Source: Phyllobates terribilis (lineage: Eukaryota). Taken from it: a stretch of DNA of 64,000 nucleotides. The stretch spans positions 101,184,001-101,248,000 of the forward strand of contig NW_027362765.1 of the NCBI RefSeq assembly GCF_046119375.1, given 5' to 3'. Both the position numbers and the translations under genes were made by a program. Shown piece by piece: positions 61,512 to 64,000 of this stretch. Position 1 is the first letter of the stretch. Every line of letters begins with the position of its first letter. The notes under the pieces were generated by a model. It was not told the origin of the DNA and searched no databases. It saw only the letters and a list, made by a program, of their open reading frames with translations.

Positions 61512-61870
61512 ATTGACCAACCCGCCACAAACGGGTATTGCGCGCCTGAAAAGACTGTACACATACCTCAAAAGTCATTTCCCGCCATCTTCAGTCGTTT
61601 CCCGCCGTCTTCAGCCGTTTTCCCGCCAGCGGACGTCATCTGCGGGACGCCACGCGGGAAGAAGAGGGGCGTGGACGTCCAAACCGCGCGAGACTTGAAG
61701 CCCCGCCTCACGCACGGACGCTGCGCAAGGTCCTGAAAGGAGCCGAGCGGACGCTGACGTCACCAGGACGCGACGCAAGGTCCTCCACCCTGACGATCGC
61801 CTGCGGAGCCGCGGCCTACGGAGAAGAAGCAACAGAAGGTAGGCCACGGTCGACTGGGGGGGGGAGGAGG

Positions 61871-62865
61871 ATGTTGGAAGCGGAGGGGACTGCCACCGCC
61901 AGCGCGGCCGCTGCCGCAGTAATGCCATTCACAATGCCTTACATCCCCGGAGCGGCCTGGCTGCCCCAATACTCAGGGGAGTCGCATACCCTAAGCGACT
62001 TTAAAGAGAAACTGTACAGCCTATTTAAAGTTTTCCCCCCTTGACGGAGGGACAAAAAGTGAGCATATTGATAGGCCAGCTAACCGGCGCAGCCCAACGT
62101 GAAGTAAAGTCCTGGTCAGTCCAGGACAAGGAGACCGTGAAGGAGATCTTAGCCCGTCTGAAGGACACTTTTGATACCCGTACCTCAGCAGAGATCAAAA
62201 TGAGATTTTATGGGTGCAAGCCGCGGGCCCAAGACAGTATAAGAGACTATGCTTTGAATTTGCAGGAGGCCCTGGGAGCCATTAAACAGGCAGACCCTGA
62301 CAGTGTGCGGAATGCAGATGAACTATTGACTGAGAAATTCATTGAGGGTCTGCTGTCCAACGCCCACCGAACCCAGTTCCGTGCAATGGCCTTGCAGAAC
62401 CCTGGGTTAGACTTTGCAAAGTTCAAAGACAGGGCCATCCGGGTGCTCCGAAAACCGGCACCGGGTAGTGCTGTAACCCACCGGTGCCCTGCTATTACCT
62501 ATCACCAGGAGGCGGCGTCCTTGTCTGTAGAGCCTGTGGGAGCTGGTGCGCAGGCTTTGGATAAAGACCCGGCTGCAGACCTGCACCATCAGGTCCAAGA
62601 ACTGACCAAAAGCGTTGCCGCATTAACCAGGACTGTGCAGTCGTTACAGGTATCCTCTCCAGGAAGGATCAAGCTGGCCACCAGTCCGGAGTCGTCCCGT
62701 GGCGCCGACAGAGGAGGATCCCATCGTCCAGAGGAAGACCCAGCGACCGCTACAATGAAGACGGACAGTCCATCTGCCGCCGCTGCAACCAACCAGGACA
62801 TATGGCAAGGTACTGTAATTTAAAACGAGTCCAACCTGGGGCAAAGGGCCAACCCCCAGGCGTAA
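61871..62865 (+). pseudogene. Gypsy gag (PNMA-like capsid plus CCHC zinc knuckle), frameshifted
   Basis: MPYIPGAAWLPQYSG..., GQLTGAAQREV, IRDYALNLQEAL and CRRCNQPGHMARYC. Frameshifts at the C6 run (~62035-40) and near 62691. Confidence 0.88.
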
Positions 62866-64000
62866 GATCATCAGGGGGACGACCGGTCTTGCCTGTGGTA
62901 CTGGATGGCATTCCCATGAGTGCACTGTTGGACACCGGGTCGCAGGTAACCACCATCCCCTATGTACTTTTCAAGCAATACTGGGATGACACGGATATTA
63001 CCCGTTACCCAGATAATGACTTGAGCATCATCGCCAGTAATGGTCAGCCCGTGCCGCAGATCGGGTTCAAGGAGGTGACCATAAAAATTGGTAAAGTTGA
63101 ACTGCCGGCGCAGGGACTGATTATTGTGGACATTAACCGTCGTGAAAGTCACCCTAAAATAACCTTGGGTACTAACGTTATTGAGAATTGCCTTTCAGAA
63201 GTAATTGCCATCTTACAGCAGGTTGCGTTGAACGCCAGCTCCGGCCAGCAGCGTGTCCTACAAAAGGAGATCCGGGCACTGATGAAACGGCAACAGGTAG
63301 AACTGTCGGATGGTGAGATTGGTAGCGTTAGGATGAGTGACCCGTTCCCTATCGCCATGCCCCCAAAGAGTGAGATGATGATCTGGTGTCGGGCAGCTAT
63401 TGGTCTGAGGGGTAGAGACTACCAAGCTATGGTAGAACCCATTTACTCAGACAGTAGGCCCACCATTTTGACGGCACGGGGGGTGGTTGATGTTCGCCAT
63501 GGGAGGGTACCTGTCCGCATCCTAAACATTGGGGAAAGAGAAGTATACTTGCCCCGGTATGCCACGCCAGCCAAATTGTTCACCATTAACCAGAACTCTG
63601 TAAAGGCCGTGGAACCCTTGCCTCCACCTCCCCCAGAGGAAGGTAACGGCTCCAAGAAACAAATGGAGGACGTGTGCCAGAAGCTGCACTTGGGCACTGG
63701 CTCCACTCCCCCACACCAGAAACAGGGAGTCTACCGGGTGGTTCAGGAGTACGAAAGGGTCTTTAGCAAACACCCGCTAGACTTTGGGCAAGTAAAGGGG
63801 GTAGAACATCAAATCCCCACAGGAGACCATCCACCCATAAAAGAGAGATACCGGCCTGTACCCCCTGTACACTATCAGAATGCCAAGGGAATGTTGCGAG
63901 AAATGAAGGAGGCTGGGGTAATCAGGGATAGCTGTAGCTCCTGGGCAGCTCCACTAGTTCTTGTGAAAAAGAAAGATGGCACTATGAGGATGTGTGTAGA
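62775..64000 (+). CDS. Gypsy pol (protease, linker, start of RT); open to the window end
   Basis: Translated by hand with no stop from the CCHC to 64000: ALLDTGSQVT (aspartic protease), EHQIPTGDHPPIKERYRP, SCSSWAAPLVLVKKKDGTMRMCV (RT N-terminus). Absent from the ORF track because it has no stop in the window. Confidence 0.9.

Larger units (their letters stand above)
60416..64000 (+). mobile_element. Ty3/Gypsy LTR retrotransposon, 5' part (continues beyond the window)
   Basis: A 5' LTR, PBS, PNMA-like gag, CCHC knuckle, aspartic protease and start of RT, in Gypsy order. Confidence 0.95.

Noticed and set aside
57794-61736. ORFs of 80-134 aa inside the LTRs
   Set aside because: GC-rich LTR sequence with no recognisable motifs; they overlap in several frames.
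30000-64000. Search for exons of the expected neighbours KCNK15 or RIMS4
   Set aside because: No K2P-channel or C2-domain coding motifs were recognised by eye; small exons could have been missed.

Overview
Repeat-rich vertebrate genomic DNA, almost certainly frog (anuran), inferred from T2/Kolobok, Harbinger and piggyBac MITEs, V-SINEs and frog-type Gypsy LTRs. It contains two host genes, both on the + strand. (1) A complete 5-exon CCN5/WISP2 gene (CDS 8780-18844, 303 aa), reconstructed by hand from splice sites. Unlike mammalian CCN5, it has an intact fifth exon encoding a cystine-knot (CT) domain, which the ORF track misses. (2) A single-exon P2Y1-like class A GPCR (28514-29566). The rest is mostly transposon-derived: a hAT element with 110-bp tandem arrays, a Tc1 with IR/DR ends, a decayed piggyBac with non-autonomous relatives, a Helitron, an L1 3' end, solo LTRs, the 5' part of a Gypsy element with a tRNA-Ser PBS, many nested MITEs and five minisatellites. 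The most unusual non-coding signal is a set of hammerhead-ribozyme motifs. One is a ~303-bp retrozyme/satellite-2-like repeat with a canonical type I hammerhead and snRNA-promoter-like octamer/PSE motifs (34383-34888). Two are fold-back Penelope-like structures with hammerhead-like cores (15785-16125, 26237-27058). All calls were made by eye without database searches.
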